Positions 12,307 to 24,497 are shown, counted from the first letter of the stretch. The stretch is DNA of 64,000 nucleotides from Lytechinus pictus (GCF_037042905.1 NC_087251.1:39372001-39436000); one strand, 5' to 3'. The notes: generated by a model not told the origin, from the sequence alone. Made by a program: numbers and translations.

Positions 12307-13172
12307 ATATATATGTATGTATTATTTTATAAGCAGATATAATGAAATAGATCAAGCTGTCAAATATATTTTGCCCAAAGGTGAAGTTAGAAATAAGGAA
12401 TATTTAATTGTCTCATAATATTGCCTTGCCAGCTTGTCATGTAGAGCAGGACTAATTTAAAACAAACAATACAAGATGAAAAAATATATGAATTATAACA
12501 TTTACAACCTTCCACCCCTACTCCACCCAAGCATCCAAGGTATAGTCTGCACACGCAGACGATGCAGCAGAATAGGAATCTTTCTCCAAATCAAATACCA
12601 ATATAGAATAAGATCATGAAATACACCTGCAAATGTCAGAATTCATGAGACGGGAAGGCTAGACGAAAGGGCCATGATTAATTCTTTGTCGACCAAGGTA
12701 AAACGCTCAAGGCCCTCCGTGACTCACTTCGTACGTGACCTTGGGAAAATGGATTTGAAGTGATGATGCTGGGAACATGCGTGGTTTCTATACCTCTATT
12801 TCTTTGCTTTGAATGCATCCCCACACTTTACTCCAGAGTTTTCGACCATGAAATTGAGGTTCATTAGTAATCATGTATTCCTCCTATCCATGTACTTCAG
12901 GCTGTGAATCATGTTTACATAATTTGCAAGAATTTTGTTCGAGGAAATGGAAGCCCCGTTTTGGATTTTTTTAATGAAATGAATCATTTTCAATATCATG
13001 AACAGTATACTCTCAAGGTATTAATAATGTTGCAAGGACTGAACATCATTTATGTGAATACATGAATCATCAAAAATATATATATTTTCATGACATATTG
13101 ATTAAAAACTCTTTGTCAACTGCTGCATCCATTCAAATGAAAGGCAGTGATACAATGTTCATCATCAATGAA

Positions 13173-13410
13173 CCGGTCATGGTGGCTCAGTGGTAGAGCG
13201 TCCGCCTCATGAACGGGAGGTTGTGGGTTTGATCCTTGGCCGAGTCATACCAAAGACTTACAAAAATGGGACCTTCTGCCTTCTTGCTAGGCGCTCATCA
13301 TTTAGATTGGAGAAGGGTAATAATAACATTATTATGTTATGCAGGGCCCTTTGGTAGAGCAGTTTCCTAACTGAAGTGGCTACCATGGGTCAATAAAGCG
13401 TTATTATTAT
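13173..13410 (+). mobile_element. tRNA-derived SINE
   Basis: A box TGGCTCAGTGG, B-box-like GGTTTGATCC, a non-tRNA body, and a tail aataaagcg(tta)n. Confidence 0.8.
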
Positions 13411-13511
13411 TTTCGTTTTTATCAATGAATGATAGAAACAAAGCTTATCAGGGCCCAATCAATCGGTAGGCTGATTTTTAAAAATTATTTTCTGAAACAT
13501 ACTTGTATGAA

Positions 13512-13900
13512 TGCGTCATGGTTTAGTGGTTTTGACTCCCTTCTCTTATTCGTAGGGTTGGGAGTTCAAATCCTATTCCAGACATTAATTTCCTTTGGCA
13601 AAAAAATTCATCAATATTGTGATGTGGGGTACGTGGTGACCTGATGGAAATTTATTCCTTAGATTCAGAGCGCATAACAGCTGTATGCTTAAGTAATTGT
13701 GATGTATTTATAGTAGAGCCCTTTTATAGAGACTTCTTCTTCTTCTTCTGGAAACAGTACAGTCCACCGTCTGGTGTATTGTCGTACTGGTGAAGTGCAG
13801 CGTGCAAGTAAAAAAAAATGGCTTACAGCGTGCAAGTAAAAACAAGACTTCTAGACCTACTTAAAGAATGTACCAAAGCGCTATGTAAGTAATAATAACT
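13512..13900 (+). mobile_element. Decayed tRNA-derived SINE related to 21025-21297
   Basis: tggtttagtggttttgact (A box), ggagttcaaatcc (B box), cctttggcaa core, and an aaagcgctatgtaa(taa)n tail. The interior is interrupted. Confidence 0.5.
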
Positions 13901-14366
13901 ATTTTATGAATCAATCCAACAATTTTCATCAAAATATAAAGTTGTTAATAATTATTTCAAAATACAGGCAGTATTGAGACTTTGGAGGGCAAAGGTTATC
14001 CACCCATGGATTCACCTTCTTATTACATCACCTAAAGTGTATGCAAAATTTGAAAATGAAAATTGGTGGGATGAAGGTGAAGTGTTACTTTCTCATAAAC
14101 CATGTTATGCCACCATAGGAAAGCACATGCCCGGCAGCAGGCATCACCCCCCCCCCCCTTCCATTTTATTGGGCTCTTGACTTTTCATGAGTGACTTCAA
14201 ATAGACAAAACACTTGTACATTCTAGCATGGCACTGAGACTATTTGTATTTGAGCAGCTCTGCCAGCATTAGTTCACTCAGTGTTCGGCAAACTGACCTA
14301 CATAAATGCTAATATAAGGGTCTGTAGGGTGAGAGAGTGCACATATATGATATTGCAACGGATATA

Positions 14367-15267
14367 CAGAGTGAGTCAGGAAAAATGTTACGCTTTCTTA
14401 CATGCTCATATTAGAAATACAATAGAATAAATCATGATTCTTGTACCAGTGTCAGATAGAGTAACTCTTCCAGTCTTATTTGATACCACATGTGTGGGGA
14501 ATCAGTAATGAATTTATTGGACAGGAACAAAATAATAGGTCTGGGTGATAACCCATTTGCACCAACATCAACAATACCTTGCCTTATTTGGATTCTACTG
14601 CACAATAAGCAGGAAGTCCCTTTGTAATGATAATTGAGTTATTTCAAATCAGGTAGGGCACTTTGTTTAAAGCTTCCTGGCATCATGGCAGGACACAGAA
14701 TCTTTCCGCTTTCCTAATACGCGATGTCCATCACGTCAAACAGTCTATCGCAACATGGCGAAATAACGGGCAACAGGAGCAAAAAACAATCTGAACAAGC
14801 GAGGATCAGGTCGAAGAAGAACTTCAAGAACATGAGAGAATGTTGAAGCTGTTCGAGAAAGGTTACAGGAAGAGGGGCAAGAGAGAACAACATCATGTAG
14901 GAATGGCTTACTTTTAATCGCATTACCCGGCTTGACTTGAGAATGTATCCCTACAGGATGATTTACAGGTTCTCTTACTTTTCTTGATTAATAAACACAG
15001 GCATAAACTTTATGCTCATTGCTTGTGTGAATGCTTTTGTCTCTGTTTCAGCAGGTAATCACCTGACTTGGCGCAAATGGGTTTTGACACTTACTCAAAC
15101 AATGGCTGCTGTGCATTCAACCATAACAACAACACTGAAACAAATTTTACCGAGTGACAAAGGAATACTTATTCTGTCCATATATGCTAGAAATTCTCTC
15201 TGAATCCCACATTTTCTTCAAAATATACTTGATTTAAAAAGTGTTACACTTTTTCTGACTCACACTG
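14367..15267 (+). mobile_element. Internally deleted Tc1/mariner DNA transposon
   Basis: TIRs CAGAGTGAGTCAGGAAAAATGTTAC / GTGTTACACTTTTTCTGACTCACACTG, TA on both sides, and a transposase remnant inside. Confidence 0.85.
14710..14960 (+). pseudogene. Tc1/mariner transposase N-terminal HTH remnant (stops and frameshift)
   Basis: Reads FPNTRCPSRQTVYRNMAK*RATGAKNNLNKRGSGRRRTSRT*ENVEAVRERLQEEG, then after a frameshift FNRITRLDLRMYPYRM. This follows the SGRPRT..ENI..V..RI..DL..PY pattern of mariner-like transposases. No DDD domain is retained. Confidence 0.75.
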
Positions 15268-16001
15268 TAGAGTGAATTTCACTGTCATATCTAGGCCAAT
15301 TCATGTGTGAGAGAGGGAGGAAGAAGGAGGAAGAGACAAAAGATCTAGTTTACGAAGACAAAGTCAAGCAAAATCATTTCTTGTATCCCAGCTTGAGTTC
15401 AGCAGACAAATATATGCCTAACATGGAGGGGGAAAGGAGAGGTACAATGTTTTTTGCATGTATGGCCATACACAGAATATTTTTCTGGGGAAGGGGTGGG
15501 GGAGGCATAAAAATTTATGTAGAAAGCGAGGGAGCAAAGAGCTGAGTTTTTCATGAAGGCGCTTTTGTATTTTGAAGGTGATATCAAAGAATGTGAAAAT
15601 TTTCAGTAATAAAGATTTTTTTTTAATTAAGGGGGGGGGGGACTCCCTGCCCCTTGCTGTATATTGCCATGATTGCATGTTAATTCTACACTACTGATGT
15701 CTTCTATTCAATATCTGATCTGAGACAGGACACTTGTTTACAAAATTCCACAACAATCGTAATGTACATTAATACTGACCAGTGACATCTGTGTATAAGT
15801 GTGTGATAGAAGTACATGTCTAGGAATGGGGGGGGGGGGGTAAAAAGATAGAGGGAGACAAAACCTGACAGAGTAGCAGAGAGAGGAGTATATATATATG
15901 TATAAATATATATATATATATAATGTGATGACAAGTTTACTTGTACCAAACGCTCTTACAGAGACTATGTAGATTCGAATCACTTATAGGTCAATACACC
16001 A

Positions 16002-16119
16002 TCACGTGACCATAGCACCAAGGATCATATTTGCTAAATTCTAGGTTTTGACGTCACCTCAGGGAATATAACTGCATTGTATTATTAACTGCGGCATTAT
16101 ATTCACTATGGTGACGTCA
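16002..16119. promoter_or_regulatory. Candidate cis-regulatory cluster: E-box plus two CRE palindromes
   Basis: TCACGTGA at 16002-16009; TGACGTCA at 16049-16056 and 16112-16119; unique CpG-poor surroundings. Motif evidence only. Confidence 0.3.
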
Positions 16120-19100
16120 CTCACTGCTTATAAGTTGCGTAATCAGGTAGTTTGTGTTTACGTTTCGATTATATAAAGAATGCACTTGCTGTATATTTCC
16201 AAAATCTTTTGATAATGACATGGATGGATCAGAGCTGCAGCAAGCTTTTCGAGTTAATCGTAATGCCAGATGATGAATGCAGTCTCTGATAGTGAATCTG
16301 CAAAGACCATATAATATAACAGATATTGCCTGGTCTATCTTTTTAATAAGTAATTTTCCCTCAGCGCTGTGCGCTTTGGGCAAAATATAATCCTTGGGAA
16401 AAATGTAACTCTTTTGGGGAAAAGAAATGTTATATTCAAACTCTAAGTAGGCAATATCTGTATAATAGGCAAGAAGGAGAACTATTTGAATTGAGAATCA
16501 GTCATTAAAACTTTAGATCTTGTCATCAACAGTCAACTCCTCCTTCCCTCTCTCATCTCCCCATCTACTACTGCAGTCACACCAACCAAACCAACTCCAG
16601 ACCGATCAAAGCTAGTGCATTACTTCGAATGGCACGTCAACGATCAATCTGGCGTCAGTTGCTCCAATGTGACCGGGGGCTCAACCCTCCTCCTGCACCC
16701 ATGGAGGATCATTGATTAAGGATGGTACTGCCACTTTGCAGTCCCTCTCCGGTGAATTGTCAAGATGGATTATTCAAAAGGTTAATCAGACTCGAGTGAG
16801 CAGATGTCCCCCAAATTCTAAGGTTCAAGACAGTGTCCCCTCTGACAGAGGATGATTGCTGGCAGTGGCTGGGTAATGAGGCCGGGGAACTGTACCCCTC
16901 CTATGATTTGGTCCGTGTTTGTTTGGACCTGTATATGCACTTAATAATTCAAACCACAAATGGTTGCTCGGGGGCGCTTGCCTCTTCTTCTTTGGTAAAC
17001 CAAAACAACAAAGTAATAGCAGCGAAAACGATCTTGCACTTTATTCGGTAGTGTAGCCCAGGAAATTGAATATTTAGTGAAATTTTTTTTTTCAGGGAAA
17101 ATCCTCTCACTGGCAAAACTCTTCATGGTAATGTTAAATGCCATGTTGACACATTCTAGTTTTTATTTTCAAGGCAGTAAGACTGGCAATTCTTTTATAC
17201 TAATTTGTATATATATGTAACAGTAAATGTTAGGCATTCCATATTTAACTATAATTATGATCATTTCTATTCTTCTAGATGTCATTAACGATGCGGTTCG
17301 TGATTATCACGGCCGGACTGGAGCTACTGGTGTCAGGATTGAACCTGCTTGAGGACTTTGTAGATGGAGATTCATTGAATCATGCTGCTAATTCCATCAC
17401 TTCTCCCCAAACTAAAACTTCAATCAAACAATGCAAAAATAAAGAAGAGAACAGCAACAGAACAAGATAGAGGAACTTGAGCATGAAAACCACTATCACT
17501 GGTCCTGAGCATGAGGTGCACATGCATGAATAATGTTCTGTCATCCACTTATCCAAACCCGCATCTTCTTCCAAACTCCATTTTACACACGCCCTCCTCA
17601 TTCTCCCACTCTCCTTTCCTGACGCATTCATGTCCTTCGATCAGCTCTCAGCCAGGTGAAGAGGAAAATCAGAAAGAAGCTAAAGCAACACGTGCCAACA
17701 TCACCCACTAAAACTTCTCTCTGAGTCATCCCTCCTGAAAAGCTAGACAAACATGTCGTCCCATTTCTCTTTCTCTCTCGATCAATCGCTCAAACATTCT
17801 ACAAAAAGAAAGATAAGATTCACAGGAAAGGACCTGACTGGGAACATTCTACACACTTGAAAGGAGACAAACCACAGTGAACAAAAAAAGGAGCTGTACA
17901 TATTTTTATAGAACTCCAGACAAACGTAGCAAATTCTATAGCATTTCCATCCTTTATGAAACTAGCGATAAAATTCAGGAAACAAATGACCTTAAAATAA
18001 CTGGGATAAGGACTGCTCAATGCAAAAGGCCCTTTGTGATGAATGATAAAAATCAATTACTTGATTACTTGATTACAAATAATGTGCAGTCTACATTTTG
18101 TGTATATTCAAAAAGCTACAAATAACTGTCACGGTCTTATTACAAATTACTTATAATTTGAAGTGATGTGGTTTCCTAAAAAAATTTAATAAATATGAGC
18201 CAAAAATGTGTACATCCACCAAACCTTTCACTATTTATTTATCAATTTGTGGTTTATTATAAAAGTACATTTGTAATTGTGTATTCATTACAATTTAATA
18301 GTAGATATTATTGCAATTATATTGCAGACTAGTGCTGTAAAAGAGTCAACACTTGATATCGATGTTTTAATGTTTATTAAGATGATAGATCAGCACAAAA
18401 AAAAGTTCTTTATTGTTGGTTGGGTGGGAAAAGCATCTAAGCAACATGTACTAGTAATTAGGAGATTAAACTATGTGCATGTAATACATGTTATTATACT
18501 CAGTCATCAGTCTTGTGCCTGTCTGCATGAAAGCGTGCATGATAACCATGGAAACAACAGCATATTTTTGAATAACAACATGCCATGTTGAAAACTACAT
18601 TGCACTTTAATCTGTTGTGTTAACAAAACATGGAAATTATTTTTTGCTTGATCTAGTCAATTTCAGTAAGAATCTACTCTGAACATGTTTCAATTTCCTG
18701 CAACAATCAGAAGTTCTGCTACACACACACACACACACAATTCTGTATTCTGTATGAAATGTGATTTTTAACTTTGCTGGTTTTGAGATTTAAATGAATA
18801 AAATATACCATTAATATTTGTCATTTGCCATCTTTAAAACGTGAATTGGAAAGCCTAATTTTCCTACCAACCTAGACAATGTGTGTGACATTTATCATTG
18901 TCTACGTATCATCAAAGAATGAAACACCAATACCATAAATACAACGCTACATTCCGAATTTCTTCTTCTAACTCCTGATATCGAGAACCCGTAATTTTTG
19001 AGAGCCGCATCATTTTCTTCCAATCAAACGGATAAATACATATATAAAAAAAGGCCTGAGTGTGAAAGATCTGCAAATGTATTACTTTGGAATGTTACCA

Positions 19101-20879
19101 TGGCGACAGCACCGGGGCCATCACTGCCAATTTAGAAAGGATTCTAAAATGCCTCCGTGCTATTTTTTCTGACAATACGACTAATCTGGCATGAACCAGG
19201 GAAGAGGAAGGAAAAATATTTGTTAAAACCTGAAATCGAATTGCATGTGCAGTGCTAACCTCTCCACAGACTGCAGTGTATTATAGCTGGATAATTCTTT
19301 GAATGCAGTATTCAAACGCAGTGAGGCTCACGGCTTAAAGGAATAAAGACAGAAATAAAATGTAATGGCAATAGAATGCTGATAACTTGATTTGCGAGTA
19401 ATTGAATTATGAATTAAAATGCTATTCTCACACTGCTTGTAGTATAATTCAATTAGATGAAAAATTCTAGGGCCTCTGTATTCGCAACGTGCCTGCAGTG
19501 CCAGACGCAAGCAGTTTATGCAGTAGTAGGTTTGATGCATAAATTAATTTGAGTAAAATGTGATAAATAAGGTATGATCATAGTAGCAGTTTTTCACATT
19601 ACTTGTCTTTTTGCATTCATTGCGCCCCCAATTCTCGCCTTCTCTTTTACCCACGCTCTCTCTCCTTAAAAAAACGATTTGTAAAATTCTTTGTGTCTGT
19701 TAAGTTGGCTCATGGTATTTTCTTTGAAAAAAAAAATCAACACACAAGAAGAGATTTCCACACATCCAGACAGAAAACAGAAAGAAGAGTTTGAAACTTA
19801 TGTGTACTCTATGAATTGACTCTTCCTTTGCTATTAGCATTTCACAGAAATCATCATAAGAATGGTTGCTTAATTACATTATTTTTTTTCTCTCTAGTTG
19901 AGGGATGGGAAAACTACACAAACATATCCTGACTTTATCTGCAAAAATAACCACCAACTGGGGAGCCTTTCATGACAACAGTTAAAATCACTGACTATTT
20001 TGGTCTAAGCAAATCAGATGCAAGGATTTGGTAGCTTATACCAAATAATCAGTGAAAATCGCTGACTATTTGTTACATGAAATACTCCCCTGATGGATAT
20101 TGTTTAATGACTAAATGGATTTGAAGCCTTGGTTCATTAATTTATCATAATAATCATGGCTCTGTCTAAATGATCTCTCCTTTGCTTGGTAGCTTCAGGA
20201 TGCTTGGCTAAAATTTCAACTGGTTGCGACACAGATGGAGCAGTCTAGACGTATGTTCTTTCTTGAAGTCAGGCTTAAAGTTCTGACATTTACATCGTCT
20301 CTTTATCTCTCAGTCATGACTCTCTCAGTAAATGAACACTAATGAATAAGTCACCTTGCCAATGGAAAGTATATCATGTGAAGTCTCTATTTTTCTTACT
20401 GTACTCTTGCACAATGACATCCCTACTGACAGCACTTAACTGTAATTTAAGTAAAGTCGCTCAGAACAATTGGTTCCGTCCCTTATTCTCCTTCAGGATA
20501 TCAAATTAAAAATAATCCCCCCTAAAATCTGTTTATATATTCATATTCAAATATGCATATATTTTTTATAAGTGTTTGAAATAATTTTTAGATTATTGTT
20601 TTTATCAAATCTTTCCAGCACCAGATGATTAAAGTGTCTTCGTCACTGCCTACAAGCGATGCACATTATGTAATATAAAACTATTCAGCATAAGAAACAA
20701 ATATGGACTAGTTAATCTTTTTATTTTTTAAATTAAAGATTCCTTATATCTTTAATTGCAAAAAGTGTGAAATTCATTGATCAGTCTTATCTCATCCATT
20801 TTAAAGGGATATTAGATGAAAAATTAATGTTTTTTTAAGTGTTTACCTCCCAGCACTTTTTGAAATTATGACAGGAAGG

Positions 20880-21024
20880 GAGCGAGTTGGCTCAGTCATT
20901 TGTGTCAAACCAAAGGTCAAAGGTCATAGGTTAGAGGCCTGTAATGTGTGTTAACCTGCTCCTCCTGTTTTACAGACGTAGGCTTCATTAAGGTGGAAAA
21001 CAGTCCCTCTTGGATAAGACGTTA
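20880..21024 (+). mobile_element. Decayed SINE fragment, tail-to-tail with the next SINE
   Basis: Starts gagcgagttggctcagtc (partial tRNA A box) and ends gtccctcttggataagacgttaaa. Confidence 0.45.
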
Positions 21025-21297
21025 AATAATAATTATAATAGCTGGATTTATAAAGCGCTTTTGCCTGAGGAAACAAAGCGGTGCTATTATTACTCCGGCT
21101 TTAGCTCGAGCTACCATCACCGGCGCTCAGTGCATGCAAGGAATTACTTCTGCTGAGTACCCATTCACCTCACCTGGGTCGAGTGCAGCACAGTGTGGAT
21201 AATTTTCTTGCTGAAGGAAAACACGCCATGGCTGGGATTTGAACCCACGACCCTCTGTTAAAAGGCGAGAGTCAGAACCACTAGACCACAACGCACC
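21025..21297 (-). mobile_element. tRNA-derived SINE with an L2/CR1-like tail
   Basis: On the minus strand: A box TGGTCTAGTGG, B box GGTTCAAATCC, core ccttcagcaag...acccaggtg..aatgggtac, tail aaagcgctttataaat..(taa)n. Confidence 0.85.
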
Positions 21298-21364
21298 AAA
21301 ATGGAAGCCCAGTGTAGGGGAGAGACACCAAATTCGCATGTTTTACATGGTCCATTCATAAATA

Positions 21365-21919
21365 ACTACTACACAATAATACTTATTCCCACACGTACAT
21401 GTAATTGATATATAATACTCATGCATTATAATTTTGCTGGAGCTGCCTGTACTTCTCTCTGCATTCATCCAGCTCATTCTCTATGGAAAAAACACCAGCC
21501 TTTATTCTCAAGCTCCATACCAAAAACTTATTCCACAATATTCCCTAGAATATGTCTTTGATGATACTTACGCATCATATTTTTGCTGGAGCAGCCTGTA
21601 CTCCTCTTTGCATTCGTCCAGCTCATTCTCTATGTAAAGAGTACTCGTTCACTCCTGAACCTACTGCACACTATACTTATTCCCTACAAGACACATGTGC
21701 ATGATGATACTCAAGCATCATATTTTTGCTGGAGCAGCCTGTACTCCTCCCTGCATTCGTCCAGCTCATTCTCTATGTAAAGAGTACTCGTTCACTCCCG
21801 AACCTACTGCACAATATACTTATTCCCTACAAGATACATGTGCATGATGATACTCAAGCATCATATTTTTGCTGGAGCAGCCTGTACTCCTCCCTGCATT
21901 CGTCCAGCTCATTCTCTAT
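21365..21919 (-). repeat. Tandem array (143-bp unit) of the 3' part of exon 24328-24497 plus its donor and intron start; 4 extra copies
   Basis: Exon-matching blocks begin at 21423, 21572, 21715 and 21858. The array continues at 24243-24327 after the inserted element. Confidence 0.95.
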
Positions 21920-24242
21920 GGGTCATTCCATCTGGATTCACCCAGTGGTTGCACCCGACCGTCTCAGAATTTGTTGTAATTTGGTACACATAAAATTCAC
22001 CATGGCCCACGTACAAAACAAAAAAAATGAGTCCAATTGGTCCGTCGGTTCTCGCGCTACGGCCCGCCCTTTTCTCCTTGTTTTGACAAAAATGGGCGTG
22101 ACCTTCAACTTTCAATGGCCACTGCATCGTAATGTGTTGACCAATTTTCATGAAGCTGGTACCATTTATTAGGAAATTCAGAGAGGAATCCAAAACATGC
22201 ATCAAATAATGTATTGGAGCGATTTATAAGGTCGTGACCTTTGACCTTTACTTTGACCTTGAATTTGACACCCGGACAAATAATTTTTTAACTTGATTTT
22301 CGTGTATGTTAATTATTTGTATGATATTGACAAAATATGTTAAAACCAATGATGATATTTTATTTCTTCACCTTTAAAAACTCTTCCAAAGATACCATGA
22401 AATTTCACTCTAGTCCCACATACTAATATTCATGTTAGTAAAAGTGTTTACCAGTTACATGATTTCTTCCAATCTTAAGTTACAGTATGCAAACACATGA
22501 AAAGAAATTAAGCATATCAGTTCACAAATGAAACATTATACATTTATGCTCATGAATAGGTATCTGTTTAGGCATTTTGATGATCAGCAATATATATCAT
22601 ATATATATTTATAAACCTCTCTTTAAGAATCTCGAATAATCCGTTCCTCTGATTGGTCAAAACTGAGGTCATGTAAACGACCATGCCTTCAAAACAACAA
22701 ACTAAGGTGGTAACCAAGGGCAACGGGCATAGTTTACAAGATTTCTGCCCGTTGCCCCCTGATCCGCCCCTTAACGACGGGCATAGCAAAATTTGGCTGA
22801 AATCCCCATTTGATTGCATGCAAAATGTTGCTTTCTGCGGTGATTGCGGATACCATAAATATCCGCGCGATTTGATCGAAAGTTTTAGACAATTCGCGCA
22901 TTTACGCGCTTATTGCGCAAGTGTGCGCAACGGATGTGACATATCGATGGAACGATGCCGATCTTTGACTTTTGCTTGTTAATTCCTGTTAAAATATATG
23001 GCATTTATTGAAAAGACAACTAACTTATTAAGGACATAACGGATGTATCAATCATCAAGTCTTGTCGCAGTTCGCTCAAATGCATGCTCGCAAAAGGTGA
23101 GTCGGGTGAAAAGATTAGACGGTCACTGCACTTTCTAACAATAAACGTTATTCGTTCAACTTAACGTTAGGACAGCTAGGTATGACATTGACAAACGACA
23201 ACGTTAGGACGGGTAGATCTAATGTTAATGGTCGTTAGTTAGCTTAGAAGTTAAGAGTAGACTCCAGATCTAACGTTACTAACGTTTTCAGGACGTACGT
23301 AGGTTTAGTCGACTAGATCTAACGTTATAGATTACACTCTAATGGAGATTTAAGACTGAATTTAGATCTAGCCTAGAATCATCCTATTCAGAATCAGAGC
23401 CTAATTTGGTTCCTAAAAATATATTTTTGATGATCAGCAATATATATCATATATATATATATATTCTTGTTAGTAAAGTGTTTACTTTTATCATCAAATT
23501 GTTGAGTATATGCCTATTTACTAACAAGATATATATATATATATACATATATATATGATATATATTGCTGAACATCAAAATGCCTAAACAGATACCTATG
23601 CATGAGCAGAAATGTTTAATGTTTCATTTGTGAACCGATGAGCTTAATTTCTTTTCATGTGCATACATACTGTAACTTAAGATTGGAAGAAATCATAACT
23701 GGTAAACACTTTACTAACATGAATATCAGTATGTAGGACTAGAGTGAAATTTCATGGTAACTTTGGAAGAGTTTTAAAAGGTGAAGAAATAAAATATCAT
23801 CATTGATTTTAACATATTTTGTCAATATCATACTAATGATTAACATACACGAAAATCAAGTTAAAAAATTATTTGTCCGGGGGTCAAATTCAAGGTCAAA
23901 GTAAAGGCCAAAGGTCACGACCTTATAAATCGATCCAATACATTATTTGATGCATGTTTTGGATTCCTCTCTCAATTTCCTAATAAATGGTACCAGTTTC
24001 ATGAAAATTGGTCAACACGTTACAACGCAGTGGCCATCGAAAGTTGAAGGTCACGTCCATTTTTTTTAAAACAAGGAGAAAAGGGCGGGCCGTAGCGCGA
24101 GAACCGACGGACCAATTGGACTTATTTTTTTTGTTTTGTGCGTGGGCCATGGTGAATTTTATGTGTACCAATTTACAACGAATTCCGAGAGGGTCGGGTG
24201 CAAAATGGCACATTCATTGGGTGAATTGGCATGGAATGACCC
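21920..24242. mobile_element. 2.3-kb foldback-type non-autonomous element, ~680-bp TIRs, 4-bp TSD (Sola2-like by termini)
   Basis: Ends GGGTCATTCCAT / ATGGAATGACCC; TSD ctat at 21916-21919 and 24243-24246. Sister array units show the empty site attctctatgtaaag. 21920-~22605 is the reverse complement of ~23550-24242. Confidence 0.9.
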
Positions 24243-24327
24243 CTATGTAAAGAGTACTCGTTCACTCCTGAACCTACTGCACAATATACTTATTCCCTAC
24301 AAGATACATGTGCATGATAATACTCAC

Positions 24328-24497
24328 GCATTATATTTTTGCTGGAGCAGCCTGTACTCCTCCCTGCATTCATCCAGCTCATTCTCTGTGTAGAGAGTAC
24401 TCTGTAGGAACTCGCTCTCCATTAGGTTTATCCTCTGTTTACTCTCCTCTACCCGTTGCTTTAGAGTATAGTACTGTTCCTTGCTGCAGCCGCACAC
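24328..24497 (-). CDS. TJAP1/BEGAIN: Coding exon (170 nt, phase 0 to 2) of a TJAP1/BEGAIN-family coiled-coil protein
   Basis: Acceptor ctttttattgtctttatacgtag, donor GC|gtgagt. Translation VCGCSKEQYYTLKQRVEESKQRINLMESEFLQSTLYTENELDECREEYRLLQQKYN aligns by eye with the recalled BEGAIN segment ELRKRLSYTTHKLEKLETEFDSTRHYLEIELRRAQEELEKVTEKLRR. The exon itself is well supported; the family call is by recognition only. Confidence 0.8.

Noticed and set aside
13173..13250. tRNA gene
   Set aside because: The tRNA-like head has a mutated B box and continues into a SINE body and tail. The same reasoning applies to the SINE head at 21225-21297.
20193..20250. Plus-strand exon-like segment (ttggtag|LQDAWLKFQLVATQMEQSR|gtatgt)
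   Set aside because: Splice-like ends but no partner exons or recognisable homology; such matches are expected by chance in 64 kb.
1..21360. Next TJAP1/BEGAIN-like coding exons
   Set aside because: A manual scan of minus-strand splice signals found no exon resembling the continuation of the coiled coil. They probably lie outside the window, though a short exon could have been missed.
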